From: the human T2T-CHM13v2.0 reference genome, Homo sapiens
Length of the DNA: 64,000 nucleotides
Reading direction: 5' to 3' (one strand)
Assembly: GCF_009914755.1 (NCBI RefSeq)
Contig: NC_060936.1
The notes under the pieces were generated by a model that had not been told where the DNA came from, made no database searches, and was given only the letters and a program-made list of their open reading frames with translations. The translations under genes and the position numbers were made by a program. This document shows positions 1 through 13,869 of this stretch, one piece after another (position 1 is the stretch's first letter; the number at the start of each line of letters is the position of its first letter).

Positions 1-637
1 CTAAACAGTCCTCCTTGCGAAGTCACTGGCTGCCCTCCATGCAGCATCCTGGAGCTTCTCCTGCTCCCACTGGAGAAGGCTCTGAATTGTCTAAAACAGA
101 TCCCCAGCCCCCTGAGGAACAGCAGGCAGTGGCAGCGTGGGGAGAGCAGACTTAGCTCTGTGCAGTCAATGTAGAGCCAGCCCCTTGGGCTTCTTGGGCG
201 TTCTCGACCTCAGATATCCCTTCCAGAAAATAGGGCAGTGGCCCTGCGTGGAGACTAAGGTTGCCAGGAAGGAAGGAGGACCTAGAAGGTACTTTTCCAA
301 ACTTGGTAGTGGCCTGTGTCCTCTCTTTCTTTCTGACTCTTAGGGGAGTTTGGAGGTGGGGGTTGATGGGAGAAGAGAGGGTTGGGACAGCTGGTGCCAA
401 GGACATGGGATTCAGCAGGTTCCCTTGTGGACCGTGTGCTCCAGCCGTGTGCTGTATGGACCCAGCGCGGCCCTCGGCTTCCAGGAGCTCGCACTCTGGA
501 TGGGAGGATCCAGCGCGAGTCTCGGGGTCCTGGGACAGGAGCCGCTGGACAGGGGGCTGTGGTGTGCCCCCCAGCAAGGCCCTTCTGATGTGTCATGGCA
601 GGGCACGGTGGGCAGCAGTTGGCCCCAGCTGGGGCAG

Positions 638-715
638 AGTCTCAGTTCTACCACTTGAGAACTGTGTCCTGGGCAAATATTGGCTTCTCTGTGCCTCTGC
701 TTCTTTGTGTGAATA
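638..715 (+). mobile_element. MIR fragment
   Basis: ctaccactt...tgtgtcctgggcaaat...tctctgtgcctctgcttc, degenerate MIR core. Confidence 0.55.
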
Positions 716-2766
716 GTCAGCAGTTTGATCTTGGGGACCTGCCAGGGGCTGTGTCGCTGAAGACCCCGTGTATGTGGCCGGCTGGTACTGAGTGGGGGGC
801 TGTGGCCTGCCCTTGCCCCACCCCTTGCCTGAGCCCTCTGAGTGCCAGCGGCCTGGGCAGGGTGAGGGAGCGCCGGAGGCCAGGGCACCTTGGCGGTCAT
901 CTGCTCCCTCCTCCGCATGTGTGGGGCGGGCAGAGGCACCAGAGGAAGACACATATGTGACGGGGAAAGGTACATATTCGTGTTTGCTGACAATGAGACT
1001 TTGCGTCAATCGTGGGTCCTCACAGGCTGCCCCGGCTCCCCCCGCATCGGGAAGCTCCTGTCTTCTGCTCCCTGGCCTGGTCCCGCCTTCCCCCTCCATC
1101 AGCTGGTGTGAACTTGGCCACACACAGTTAGGAAGGAAAACTGCTCAGGCAAGGAAACGGTGTCGCCTCTCCCGGAGCCTTTCTTTTCCTGCCTGGCTGT
1201 TTTCTCAGTCCTGGCTCCCAGGCCCTGAATGTGTGTGCTGGAGAGGCAATCAGAACCCCCTTGGAGTGGGAGGAGGACTTGTCCGTCTCCAGTCCAGCCT
1301 CCCTGCCTGTCCCCTGAGTTACTGCTCTTACTGAGGGCGCTGTGGTGGTCATTCATAGACTCTCGGACTGCTGGGACACATTTCCAGCTAGAAGTGGCAT
1401 CTGCCAGCCTGAAGGGCTGAGGCTGCTAGGGCTGTGCACAGCCTCAGCCCTATCTGCTGAGCGCCACGGGGCCCGGAGCGAGGGACTGATGCGATGAAGC
1501 CCCCTTCCTCCCCCAGAGCCCCGCAAGTCCAGCAGAGGCCACCTGTCTCTGGGGCCGGTGAGAGGGGGCCTTTGGTGGCCCTTAACGCCGCTCTGCCCAT
1601 TGGAAATGCCAGGCAGAGCCGGGCTGCACCGTGGAGGCAGCAGAGTACCCCAGGCCTTCCTCCCATCTCAGCCTGCTCTTCCCTTTCAGTCCCTGACATT
1701 TCTCCCAGGCACATACCAGCACATGACAATGAATCTGAGCCCCTCCAGGCCCCCACACCCGGGCTGCGGCTGTCTCTGCTCATCTGTCAGTCACCCGATC
1801 CCCCACACCTGTTCCAGGCACAGCTGCCCACCCGCACGCACAGCTATGAATAGGGCGGAGGGAGGGTTGCAAGGGGGCACTCACAGGGCAGGGGACCGGG
1901 GCAGCTCTCATTTTTTCTTAGGCCAAGAAGCGTAGCTTGTTTTGGGTGGGTGCTCAGTGTGGGGGGATATGAGGGTGGACAGGAAATGTCAGGAAGGAGT
2001 ATAGCTGCAGGAGAAGGGGTGAGGCTGTAATTAGAAGGATCCAGGCACTGAGGACGAGTCGAGGTGCTCTGGGGCGGTTCGTCCGCGTCGCCGGCTGGTG
2101 TGTTCCGGGTTTATGCAGTGTGAACATGAGTTCTGGGGCTGATTGTGGGATCTCTCTTTCTCCCCCTGACCCATTGCTCAACCCTAGCACTTGCATTCTA
2201 TTTGTTCTCCCGATTATAAATTCCCTGAGAGCAGAAACAATGTCTCAACCTCTCTGGGCCCCCCTGCCTCTAGCACTGCTGGCCTGGGCTGGACAAATGG
2301 GCACCTGAGCGATGGGAAGAGCCAGGGAGTGGGAGCTGATGACAGAAGAGTGTATCTGAGATGGGGGTGGAGCTGGGGCGCAGAACTCTCAGGGTGAGCA
2401 GGACAGGGTAGGTTCCTGCTTGCGCCTGAGGGACCTTGCTCTTCCCACTGGTGCCACCCGGAGGTGAGAGGGTGAACAGCCGCCTGCAACCTTGATTGAA
2501 GGCCCACCCTACTAAGGCCCTGGGAGAGCTTAGTTCTTGCCTCCAGGGAGCATCGTATCTGGAAGGGGGCAAGGACATCTGGACAGATTATGACAAGCAG
2601 GGTAATAGAGGGGGATCTGCCAATTGCTCCTGGGGGCTGGGGGCAGCCGCTGCCTCTGTGTGTCTGGAAGAGCTGGGAGGTGTGGATGCCAGTCCTTCCC
2701 AGCTTGGCACACTGGATTCTTCTAAGATGGCACGTGAATATGCATTTTTTTAAATAGTTAAGTAGT

Positions 2767-2886
2767 TGCCCAGGCTCAGTGGCTCATTCTTGTAATCCCC
2801 CCACTTTGGGAAGCTGAGGCAGGAGGATCACTTGAGCCCAGGAGTTCGAGACCAGCCTGGGCAACATGGCGAAGCCCTATCCCTGT
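2767..2886 (+). mobile_element. Alu monomer (FLAM-like)
   Basis: left-arm Alu sequence only. Confidence 0.85.
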
Positions 2887-2903
2887 GTTTTAAAATAACT
2901 TTA

Positions 2904-3235
<332 letters not shown>

Positions 3236-3657
3236 AAATAGTTATATAGTTATTTTCATATATATTAGAAAGAATAGAATCCTTGATTTCATGGATTTAT
3301 TGCTTAGAATGGAATTAAGGAATAAAAGTGAGTTGATTTCAAAGAATCAGGATGTGTCGTAGATGGCACATGAATGTGGCATTGATCAGAGGGACCATGC
3401 GCGGTTAAAATCTGAGGGTCACCACCATTGATGCCTGGCCTCACCTCTTGGTGTTCCCCACCATGTCCAGTGCATCCTTCCCAGGCAGCTGGGCTTCCTG
3501 CCAGCGGCATTTCAGGCATTGTTCACATTTTTGCCCTGTGCTTCCAGCTACAGAATATGTCCTGAGCACACAAACTGTCCCCCAGGCCCTTTTTAGGAAC
3601 AGTCTGACAAAGTCAGTCTCCTAGGAGGAGCAGGTGACTTCGAGAAAATAGGAGACA

Positions 3658-4006
<349 letters not shown>

Positions 4007-6086
4007 TCACCTTATATTTGCCTGTAAGACCTTCGGCCAGTCACAGCCACAGTTAAATCTAGTCCGGCAGAGGCCTCAGCCACCTCTGCCATGCCACCCT
4101 GGGCACCCTGCCTACAATGTGTCATCCCCTCCCTCCCAGCATCACAGATGGAGACAGAGTGGGGAGACTGAGGCCAGCTCAGGGGTGGTAGTGGAGGGTG
4201 TTTAGGATAAATGCTGCTGTCTGTTTCAGAGGCTGAGCATTGACACGAATGCTTTTTTTCCCTAAAGGCCTCATCAAAGCCGAGGCAGGTGCACTGAACC
4301 ATATGCCATTCTGTTTCAGCATGAAAACAGCCTTTTTTTCCTCATCATAAACGTAATCCACCCTCATTCTGCTCCGTAGCCTGCTTTCCCACTCAGTGTG
4401 TTTGTAGTCATCCATGATAATAAATGCAGGTCCTTCTCAGCGTTTTTTTGTGGCTACATAATGTTTCTATTGTGCTATAGACAATCAACACCCCCCGCCA
4501 GTCTAGAGAAAGGTCCTGCTCTGGGAAAACTTCTCCAAAGGAGAGAAAAATAACGATTGAGTGTCCCCTCATGGCCAGTAGTAGAATTGCTTGGTGCCTG
4601 GCTCTGAATCTGACCAAAACCTTCCTGGGGTTCTAGGGATCCCCTTATCTTTGCACAGAAGAGTCCTTGGTGTCAGAACCTTGACCAAGGCCTGACGCTT
4701 TACTGCATTCGTAGGGCTGCGCTCTGGGCACAGCTTGCAGTGATTTCAGACCGGGGTGTGGGTGGGAGGAGCGGCCTCCCCTGAGAATAAGCCTTTGTAA
4801 TGTGCCTGTGCGTTGTTTCTGAGTCTTGACTTGTTCTCTTAGCACCCCTGGCTCAGATGGGGTGATTTGATGTGGGGCTGGAGTTCTGGGCATGGGGACC
4901 CCTAAGGCGTAGGGCTTCAGGAATACAATTCCTGCCTCAGAGTCCCCAAAGCACCAAATTGTCTCATCTGGTGCCTTCCTTTCTTCGCTGTGGCACTCTG
5001 CTGGTTTGGGACAAGTATTGGGGTTGGAGGCTGAAGACCTGGGGTCTTTCACTTACTAGTTGGATGGTGTTGGGCAAGGCTAACAGTCAGGACCCCTCAT
5101 GGATAAAACCGAGGCCGTGGTTTTAGGTGTGAGATCAGCACAGAGTCTTACTCCGCCTTTTCTAGAAGGGAAGTTTCAGATCAGCCCCACATCCAGCAGG
5201 AGGCCCCCTGGGCTCTGTTTTCATCAGGGGAAGGAAGAGCAGCCTGTCTGAGGCAAGGTGAGAAGCTGACCTAGAGGACCAGTGTCTGGGCCTGTGAAGG
5301 GCCTTGTGAGCCAGGCCGGGGACCAAGACTCCTGTCCCTTGTGGCTAAATGGCTCAATGAGACGGTGAAGTGACTTGACTTCTGAAGAGATTCCCGGGGC
5401 AGTTAAGAGAATGAACCAAAGGGAGGGACAGCTGGTGCTGGGGAGATTGCTCTGGAGGCTGAAGCAGAGATGTCAAAAGATCCAAGGTGACGGGACCCAG
5501 CAGTGCCTAGAGGGGGAAGAGGCCAGCCCCAGAGCCGTTTCTGAGGGAGCATCGATCAGGTCTCTGGCGAGACAAGAGGATGAGACAGGAGCAGCATTCA
5601 CCCCTTCCACCCTCCCCACTGCCGGTCTCTTGCCCTGGTTTTCTGTTCTCATGCTTCCTGCACTATCAAAATTGACTCTGGAATAATTCTGATAGACGCA
5701 TTCAAACTAAAATAGAGCTGACTGGTAGAGATTCAAACCTTTGCAGTTTAACAAGAACAAAGTCTTAGACTATGAAACTTGAAATCTTAAAGATGGAATC
5801 TGGGGCTCCCACCTGCTGGGTGTGTTAATATCTGGGCAGGCAGCAGTGGCCTGAAACTGTGTGGGTCCCAGTGTCCTCTTTTCCCATGATTTAGGCAACA
5901 CGACCTGATTTTGTACCAGGCAGAGATGTAGAGGAATGTGGAAGCTTTCTGGCGTCCTACTGTCTACCCTCAGTCTGATTTCTTCCCAGCCCTAGAGCCG
6001 GGACCGGGACCCTGAGGTCTCCTTGATGCTCCCGTCTGACATGGCACCTGCTGACACTCCCTCGCCTTCCCACTGTCTCCCTCCAG

Positions 6087-6227
6087 GCAGACCTCAACAC
6101 CAACATCGAGGATGAAGGCAGCTCCTTCTATGGGGTCTCCAGCCAGTATGAGAGCCCCGAGAACATGATCATCACCTGCTCCACGAAGGTCTGCTCTTTC
6201 GGCAAGCAGGTGGTGGAGAAAGTTGAG
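6087..6227 (+). CDS. TEAD4: TEAD4 coding exon (third from last), YAP/TAZ-binding domain
   Basis: ctccag|GCAGAC...GTTGAG|gtagga; 141 nt, phase 0; translates [47 protein letters not shown], the TEAD4 C-terminal domain. Confidence 0.98.
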
Positions 6228-7243
6228 GTAGGAGGCCACCCTGGCGGGTGAGGGCCGGTGGCAGTGGTCTGTGTTTGCTGGGCATGGCTTCCATTTGCTT
6301 TCAGGAGGAATGCCCTCCGTTAGGGAGCCAGGATAATCCCTTGTTGCCTTCCCTGTCTGCTGTCAGTGCTGTGTGCCTCCCACACTCCCCTTGGCACCAG
6401 TGTCCTGCCCAGCTCACCAGAGCCATTGCTGCCCTTTCAGGATCTTCCAAGCACGTCCTTGCAGGCACCCCCGGTCCTCTCCAAGAGCAGAGCCGCAGCA
6501 CAGGCAGAGCCCTGGGCATCTACCTAGTCCAGCCCTCTGGCTTCACAGTGGAGGCCCAGAGAGAGCGGAGGCCTCCCACCAATCGCCCGCACATGGTCAC
6601 ACAGCTCATTAGTGCAGAAGCAGGGCTAAGATCTCTGTCCCCTGCTCACTTTGAACTCCATGAATGCCTAAAACTGTTCCTTCCCTGATTTTCTGCTTAT
6701 GGGTACCCTGGAGACCCTGCTCTAATGGAAGTTACAGAAAATTCAGGCCTGCCTTTTATGGTTTCTCCCACTCTGCTAAACCCCCGGCCAAGGGCAGTGC
6801 AGGGCAGTGGTGAGGAGCATAAGCGCAGGTGAATCCCCACCCAGCCACCCTGCTTTCCGGTGCGTGTCTGGGGGGTTGTGATAAAATCCTCTGTATTTTG
6901 GCCCTAAACAAGGGCCAAGTTATCTTCACTGTCCGTGACACGGTCTCCTGCAGCACCCTGTGTTCTGGGCCTGCTGCGTAGTGGCAGTGACAAGGAGCTG
7001 GGACTGAAGGCCTCCAACCCAAAGCACCTGTGGACTCTGAGAGTCCGGGGCCCTGTGCCGCCCACACACTTGTTAAACCTCCTCACCGTGCAGGCCAGTC
7101 TTCGTCCCTCTCCTCACCCCTTCCCCAGATTGGTCTGAATTAATGAAGTCCTACTCTCACAGTCTGTCAGTTATTGATAGCCTTCCTCATGCCAAATGCA
7201 GCCAGATGCCCGGCCAGCACCAGGGAGGAGACATTACTCCACA

Positions 7244-7378
7244 CAGTGCTTCTCCGCCTGGCTGCACCTTGCAGTCTCCTGGGAGCTTTGGAAACACACC
7301 AGTGCCTGAAACCCATTCATCACCCCTCAGTCTCTAGGGTAGAGTCCAGGCATTAGTGGTTTTTAAAAAGTTCCTCAA
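7244..7378. mobile_element. MER5-type hAT-Charlie DNA transposon remnant
   Basis: cagtgcttctc...ggctgcac...cctgggagcttt...ccaggcattagt..ttttaaaaagttcc. Confidence 0.65.
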
Positions 7379-7384
7379 ATTATT

Positions 7385-7600
7385 TATTTCTAATTAAACT
7401 TGTAAAACTTTTGAGATAATGGTGGATCCACTTGGGCTCATAATCCCATGTGCGCTTTACCCAGCTCTTGCCCTGGCCATATCTTGCATAACTAGAGTGT
7501 AAAGTGGACAACCAGGAAATTGACGTTGATGCAGTCCACCAAGCTGGTTCAGATTTCACCAGTTTTATCGGCACTCCTATGTGCGCTTGCATGCGTGTGT
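7385..7600 (-). mobile_element. L1MC-type 3' end fragment
   Basis: acaaccaggaaattgacgttgatgcagtccacc...ttcagatttcaccagtttta, typical of L1MC 3' ends. Confidence 0.7.
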
Positions 7601-7721
7601 GTAGACAGGGAAATTTGCATGATCACCACCAGACTCCCAGGGGTCCCTGTGTGCCCCTCATGGTGTCCTCATGTACAGCCAGGATTGAGAGGCTCCTACC
7701 ACTGCTCCTGTGTCTCCTTAA

Positions 7722-8196
<475 letters not shown>

Positions 8197-8225
8197 TAAG
8201 CCCCTGCTCTCCCCGGGTCCTGCAG

Positions 8226-8378
8226 ACAGAGTATGCTCGCTATGAGAATGGACACTACTCTTACCGCATCCACCGGTCCCCGCTCTGTGAGTACATGATC
8301 AACTTCATCCACAAGCTCAAGCACCTCCCTGAGAAGTACATGATGAACAGCGTGCTGGAGAACTTCACCATCCTGCAG
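8226..8378 (+). CDS. TEAD4: TEAD4 penultimate coding exon, includes the palmitoylated Cys (SPLCEY, TGT 8286-8288)
   Basis: tgcag|ACAGAG...CTGCAG|gtgtgc; 153 nt; [51 protein letters not shown]. Confidence 0.98.
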
Positions 8379-8483
8379 GTGTGCGGCGGGTGCTGCGGGT
8401 GTGGCTGGAGTCTGTGTGTGGGTAGCAGCCATGGCGTGCCCCTTCTGGGGCCTTATTAACCCTTGTCTTTTTCTCTCCCACAG

Positions 8484-8597
8484 GTGGTCACCAACAGAGA
8501 CACACAGGAGACCTTGCTGTGCATTGCCTATGTCTTTGAGGTGTCAGCCAGTGAGCACGGGGCTCAGCACCACATCTACAGGCTGGTGAAAGAATGA
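8484..8597 (+). CDS. TEAD4: TEAD4 last coding exon to stop
   Basis: polypyrimidine tract + cacag|GTGGTC; [37 protein letters not shown] then TGA 8595-8597. Confidence 0.98.
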   Translation: MVTNRDTQETLLCIAYVFEVSASEHGAQHHIYRLVKE

Positions 8598-8790
8598 GAG
8601 ACTCGGGGAGCAGGGAGGGGGGAAGAGACGTGTGTGCAGGAAACGGGGACGTGGGGAGGGGACCTGCAGGGGCAGCCCCCTGAAGTGCCAAGAGAGCTGA
8701 GAGGAGCAGTTGTGACTCTACCCAGGAACAAACTGTGCCTGAACCTGAGGTGCCCAACCCCAAATAAACCCAAGATGCTGTGTATTTTCA
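8598..8790 (+). other. TEAD4: TEAD4 3' UTR (~190 nt; 3' end approximate)
   Basis: follows the stop; AATAAA at 8763-8768 with a CA ~20 nt downstream and GT-rich sequence after. Confidence 0.85.
8763..8768 (+). terminator. TEAD4: TEAD4 polyadenylation signal AATAAA
   Basis: first canonical hexamer after the stop codon. Confidence 0.88.
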
Positions 8791-9780
8791 GAGGACCTGG
8801 TCTGGCTGTGTGAGCCTCGGGAGGGACTGGGGGAGCAAGGGGGCCGTCTGGGAGGCAGGCCGGAAGCAGTGCTCAGAGACGTACCCCGGGCAGTTCTGAA
8901 GCCAGCGTCCCAATGGACTCAGCCAGGAACATCGCCGGACCCTGGAACTGAAGATGTGACAGTCCCTGTGCTACCTCTCAAGCCCCTGCACTGTGGTGCT
9001 GGCCACGCCGTGAGGCCCGATGAATGCATGGGCCACGCACCCACAGCCACGTGCGCCCCTGCTGCACTCCCAGGACGGTTCACACAGAGAGGCCCCATCC
9101 CCTGGGGGGTGGGTTTTAGGTGTGGCAGTGACAGTTGTTGGACGGGGACACTGTCAGAACTCTCTGGATAGTTTCCGTCCATCTCAATGGATGTGGATTC
9201 CATGACCATCTTCCGTGACCACGTTGGGGGCACTGGTTTCAAATCAAAGGACCCTGAAGCGGGGAGGGCAGGAGGCGGCAGGGCTGAGGCCGGCCTGAGG
9301 AGTCTCGGCGGGAGGTTGGGTGCACCAGTGTCCTCTTGGCTGTGGCCAGGAGGTTGATGAGAGGTCTCTGGTGCTCCGCTGGTCCCCGAGAGCCATTGGT
9401 GCTTGTGAGGCTTGTTCAAACTCTGTCCCAGCCAGGGTGCCTGTTAGGTGGAGGCCTCCTCAGAGCCAGCCTGCACCATCTAACTTCTTCCCTGAGGGGT
9501 AGTTTCTGTGCTCCCCGGGGGTGGAGGAGGGGAGTGGACCCCACCCTGAGCCTAGACTTAGATATGCAGCTGAAGGGGTTCCTGGGTTTATTTCTCCTGA
9601 GAACTGGCATGGGCTCTGAGTTTTGCCATTCCTGGCTTCGGTCCTAGCATTCTAAGCTGCCTGACCTTGGGCATTTGTCAACCTGTCTGAACCTTAGTAT
9701 CCTTTCCTCTCTGTAGAGTGGGAAGAGATGGAGTCTGTGAAGCGCCTGGTGCAAGCTGTACTAATACACCTAACAATGAG

Positions 9781-9836
9781 CTCCTCCCTCCCTCCCTCCC
9801 TCCCTGCCTCCTTGCCTCCCTGCCTCCCTCCCTCCC
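9781..9836. repeat. (CCCT/CCTG)n simple repeat
   Basis: ctcctccctccctccctccctccctgcctccttgcctccctgcctccctccctccc. Confidence 0.85.
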
Positions 9837-9861
9837 ATGGGGAGGCCAGAATCTGGCTGCT

Positions 9862-9878
9862 TGCTGCCACCTAGTGGC
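9862..9878 (-). promoter_or_regulatory. CTCF motif, reverse orientation
   Basis: minus strand GCCACTAGGTGGCAGCA, near-ideal CTCF core. Confidence 0.75.
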
Positions 9879-10039
9879 TCTTTGGGGTCATCTTCCCTCA
9901 TAGGAACCACAGATCCAGTAGCCTAGAGCAGAAAGGGAAGGAAGATTCAACCAAGGGGTGTTTATGTTTACCGTGTGTCTGGCACTCGGGGAGATAGTGC
10001 ATGGGACTACATAAGTAAGACAGCATCGAAGAGGTGTCT

Positions 10040-10240
10040 TGGAGTGTGGTTAGGAGCGAGGGCTCTGGAGTCAGACAAGCTACAGACTAGCTGAGTGACC
10101 TTGGGGCAAGTTATTTCATTTCACTGTGCCTCAGTTTCCCCATCTGTAAAATTTGTATAACGATAACCTACCTCGCGTATCTACAGTGCCTAGCATAGTG
10201 CCCCACATAAATGTGTTCACTAAATGTACGTCGTTATTAA
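10040..10240 (+). mobile_element. MIR element
   Basis: ggctctggagtcagac...tgaccttggggcaagttattt...tgtgcctcagtttccccatctgtaaaat. Confidence 0.85.
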
Positions 10241-11389
10241 TCATAGGAGCTTGCAGTCTCACTAGGGCCGACTGGAAAACTATTAAGTGATCCTCAAAGC
10301 CACAGGCGCTCAGAGACTGGAGAGATCAAGGTGCAGAAGACTCAGGGAAGGGTAGTCTTGAGGGCAGCTGCCCTTAAAGGGTGGGCAGCATTTAGTGAAG
10401 CAGATGGAGGGAAGTTGACCAGCATCCCAGATGTGGGGAAGAGGCCAGCAGCCTAGTCTCCTCCACGGCCCAGCCCCCACTGTCTTACCAAAGAACAGCT
10501 TTAACCAAACCCCTCTGGGCATCAGGACCACCGCTACACCTCTTGCCAGGCTGCAGAGCTATGCAGTCTGGAGGCCCAGCTCTCGTCAGAAGCTGGGGCA
10601 TGGGCTCTAGGGGAACCTGGGGTCGGATGAGCCCCTGAGCAGGTGGCAGGTGCCTACATGTCCCAGTGTGGGTTCGTGTTTGTGTAAGGCTCTCCTGCCC
10701 CCACCCCCAGGCACCAGCACAGCCTTTGCCTTCACTCTCTCCCCTCCCCTGTCCCTGGGGGATTGAATAAGGGAAGCTGGGGTTGGCCGTCCTTCTAGCT
10801 TGATTGGCAGCACCAGCGCTGTGACGGAAGGATGTGTTGTGCCAGCAGCCTCTTGGCCGCAGGACAAATGCACATTTAAAGAGATAACCTTTTTGTGTCC
10901 TGGCTGGGAAAGAGGTCAGTGCAGATGTTTTTGGGTCCAGGTGTTGGCTGTGAGTTTTCCTTTCCTCTATGAACTGACCTCAGCAGCCTAGTGGACAGTC
11001 ACCTCCTTACAGGTGTAAAATCCAAGCCAGTCAACCATAGCAGGTGGCAGACTTAGCTGCCTTCCCTGTGGTGTGGTGCAGACCATGACCCTTGAGGCAA
11101 ATGGGTGAGCTGGCCCCACCTCGCCTGCAGCCTCCTCTGAGGCTCCCCTGCTGCCTCCCCACTAGCCGCCCTGAATCACCTACTTCCCAGCACCCCCAGC
11201 CCGTGGTTCTCATCCCGTCTTCCATCTGTGATCTGGCACTCATTCTTCCAGAGCCAAAGAGGAATCCCCTCTTCTCATGCAGAAGACAGTCATGCCTGCC
11301 CTTGTGTGTCAAAAGCATTGCATTTATGCCCTGTTAGAACCCCTGTCACAAGCATGGTGCCTGAACACAGGTGCCTCTGTGGTCTCTTC

Positions 11390-11475
11390 TCATCCTCACC
11401 CAATGGGTACTATGCTAGCCCCATTTTACAGATGAGGCAAACGTGGCACGGAGAGCTCCACTAACTTGCCTGGAT
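11390..11475 (-). mobile_element. MIR fragment
   Basis: ccccattttacagatgaggcaaac...gagag...taacttgcc. Confidence 0.75.
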
Positions 11476-12050
11476 GATTCATGCATCCATCCATTCACTT
11501 AGCAAATACTTATTTAACTTCTGCTTTGTGCTAGCTAGTGGGGATGTGGCAGTGGGAATGTGGCAGTGGGGATGTGGCAGTGGGGATGTGGCAGTGAGGA
11601 AGACGACAGACAGGCTCCTTGGGAAGCAGAGTAAGCAAGTGAGGAGACAGGCGGGCGTGGTGAGGCTGCGCAGGCGCTGAGATCGAGTTGCTGGGGGAGG
11701 CCTCTCTGAGGTGGTGGGGCTTGAGTTGATTCTGAAGGACAAGAAGAGCCAGCCCTGGGGGTCTGGGGGAATGGTATTCCAAGTGGAGGGAACAGCAGGT
11801 GCTGGGGGCAGGGAGGTGACAGATGTGTCCCAGGTACAGAGAACAGAGTGAACAGGAGAGAGGAGGGGGCCAGGGCATTCCAGGTGGGGAAAGGCAGCAG
11901 GTGGCCCGGTGGTACCACCTCTTTTGGCGAGGGCTTTGGACCTTACCCGGTGTGATGGGAAGTCCTGGAAGTGTGTTAAGCAGGGGAGTCTTTTTGATCA
12001 GATTTTCTAGAAAACGACAGTGGGCTGCTGTGGACCTCAGAGAGGCATGT
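11476..12050 (-). mobile_element. L2 3' end
   Basis: attcatgcatccatccattcacttagcaaatacttatt (L2 tail) then ggcctctctgaggtggtg...attccaagtggagggaacagc. Confidence 0.75.
11537..11596 (+). repeat. 14-bp minisatellite AGTGGGGATGTGGC x4.3
   Basis: units at 11537, 11551 (G>A variant), 11565, 11579 plus a partial. Confidence 0.95.
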
Positions 12051-12532
12051 GTGATAGTGTGTTTCGGGCTCTTCCCACGAAACTCGGCTCTGCACAGTGA
12101 GACCTCATTTCCTGGTTCTGTTTGATGAGTGAGCGAATGCACATGGCAGGCGGTCATGTCCCTTGGGCCTGTGAGGTGAGGAAGGGTCCCTGAGCCCTGT
12201 GGGGATAGAGACTCTTCCACCATTCTGACATGATCCGAGTTAGCAGGCAGCACTGTCCAGATGGAAATGGGGATGGGAGACAGACCATCTCTCTCAGCGG
12301 GTCCAGCCATGAGCCAGCAGACTGTTTCCCATTGGCCCCCATCTTTCAGAGTGGGATGATCTTTCTAACAAAGAAACCCACACAGGAATTTGGTGTGTGT
12401 GTGCATGTGTGTATTACCTTTCAGGATGGAAGCCGGTGGGGTGTGGAGCGAGGGGCTGGCATGGTTGGCCTCGCCCAGCTCCTGTACCCTGTGTGTGCCT
12501 AGAGCATGCACCTGCTCCCTCTGTTGGGCTGA

Positions 12533-13118
<586 letters not shown>

Positions 13119-13573
13119 TCATGTGATCTTGGACAGACACCCTCTAGGGAACTTCATAATCTCATTTGTGAAATGGGAATAAATGCTCCGACTTGGGACT
13201 GCCACTGGGAGGAGGACAGGTCATGGTGTGTGAAGGAGCAGGGCCACCCCTCGCTCACGGCGCGCTCAGGGAATGTGAAATGTGGGTGTGTAAAAATGTC
13301 CCCTGACTCCGCCCTTCCTGCCCCTAAAACACACGCACATGCACGCATACTTATTTTTAGAGAAAAAAAGCTCTAATGTCCCTCAAAGAAGGTGAGGAGA
13401 AGACCTTGAGTCTTGGTTTAGCGAAAACTGCCCCGTGCAAGGTTGTGCTTTTAGATTTTCGTCCTCATCTGGGTGTCAGGAAAGGGGAGGGAGTGTTCTA
13501 AATCGGGGAGATAACTTTGTGGCCCATTAAGGGGAGAAAGAGGTCCCAAGGGAAGGTCTAGAAAGGAAAGACA

Positions 13574-13869
13574 GACCGGGTGCTGTGGCTCACACCTGTA
13601 ATCCCAGCACTTTGGGAGGCTGAGGCGGGAGGATCACTTGAGCCCAGCCTGGGCAACATGGCAAAACCCCATCTCTACAAAAAAATAGAAAAATTAGCAG
13701 GGCATGGTGGCGTGCTCTTGTAGTCCCAGTGACTTGGGAGGCTGAGGTGGGAGGATCGCTTGAGCACAGGAGGTCAGGAATGCAGTGAGCTGAGATTACA
13801 TCATTGCACTCCAGCCTGGGCAACAGAGCAGGGCCCTATCTCAAAAAAAAAAAAAAAAAAAAACAAAAA
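13574..13869 (+). mobile_element. AluJ with small internal deletion over the B box
   Basis: gagcccagcctgggc lacks aggagttcgagacc; A tail. Confidence 0.9.

Noticed and set aside
137-2753. Dense overlapping 60-190-aa ORFs on both strands
   Set aside because: GC-rich TEAD4 intron; no homology I recognise and no consistent exon structure.
11531-12310. 259-aa minus-strand ORF
   Set aside because: Runs through an L2 remnant and a minisatellite; no recognisable domain.
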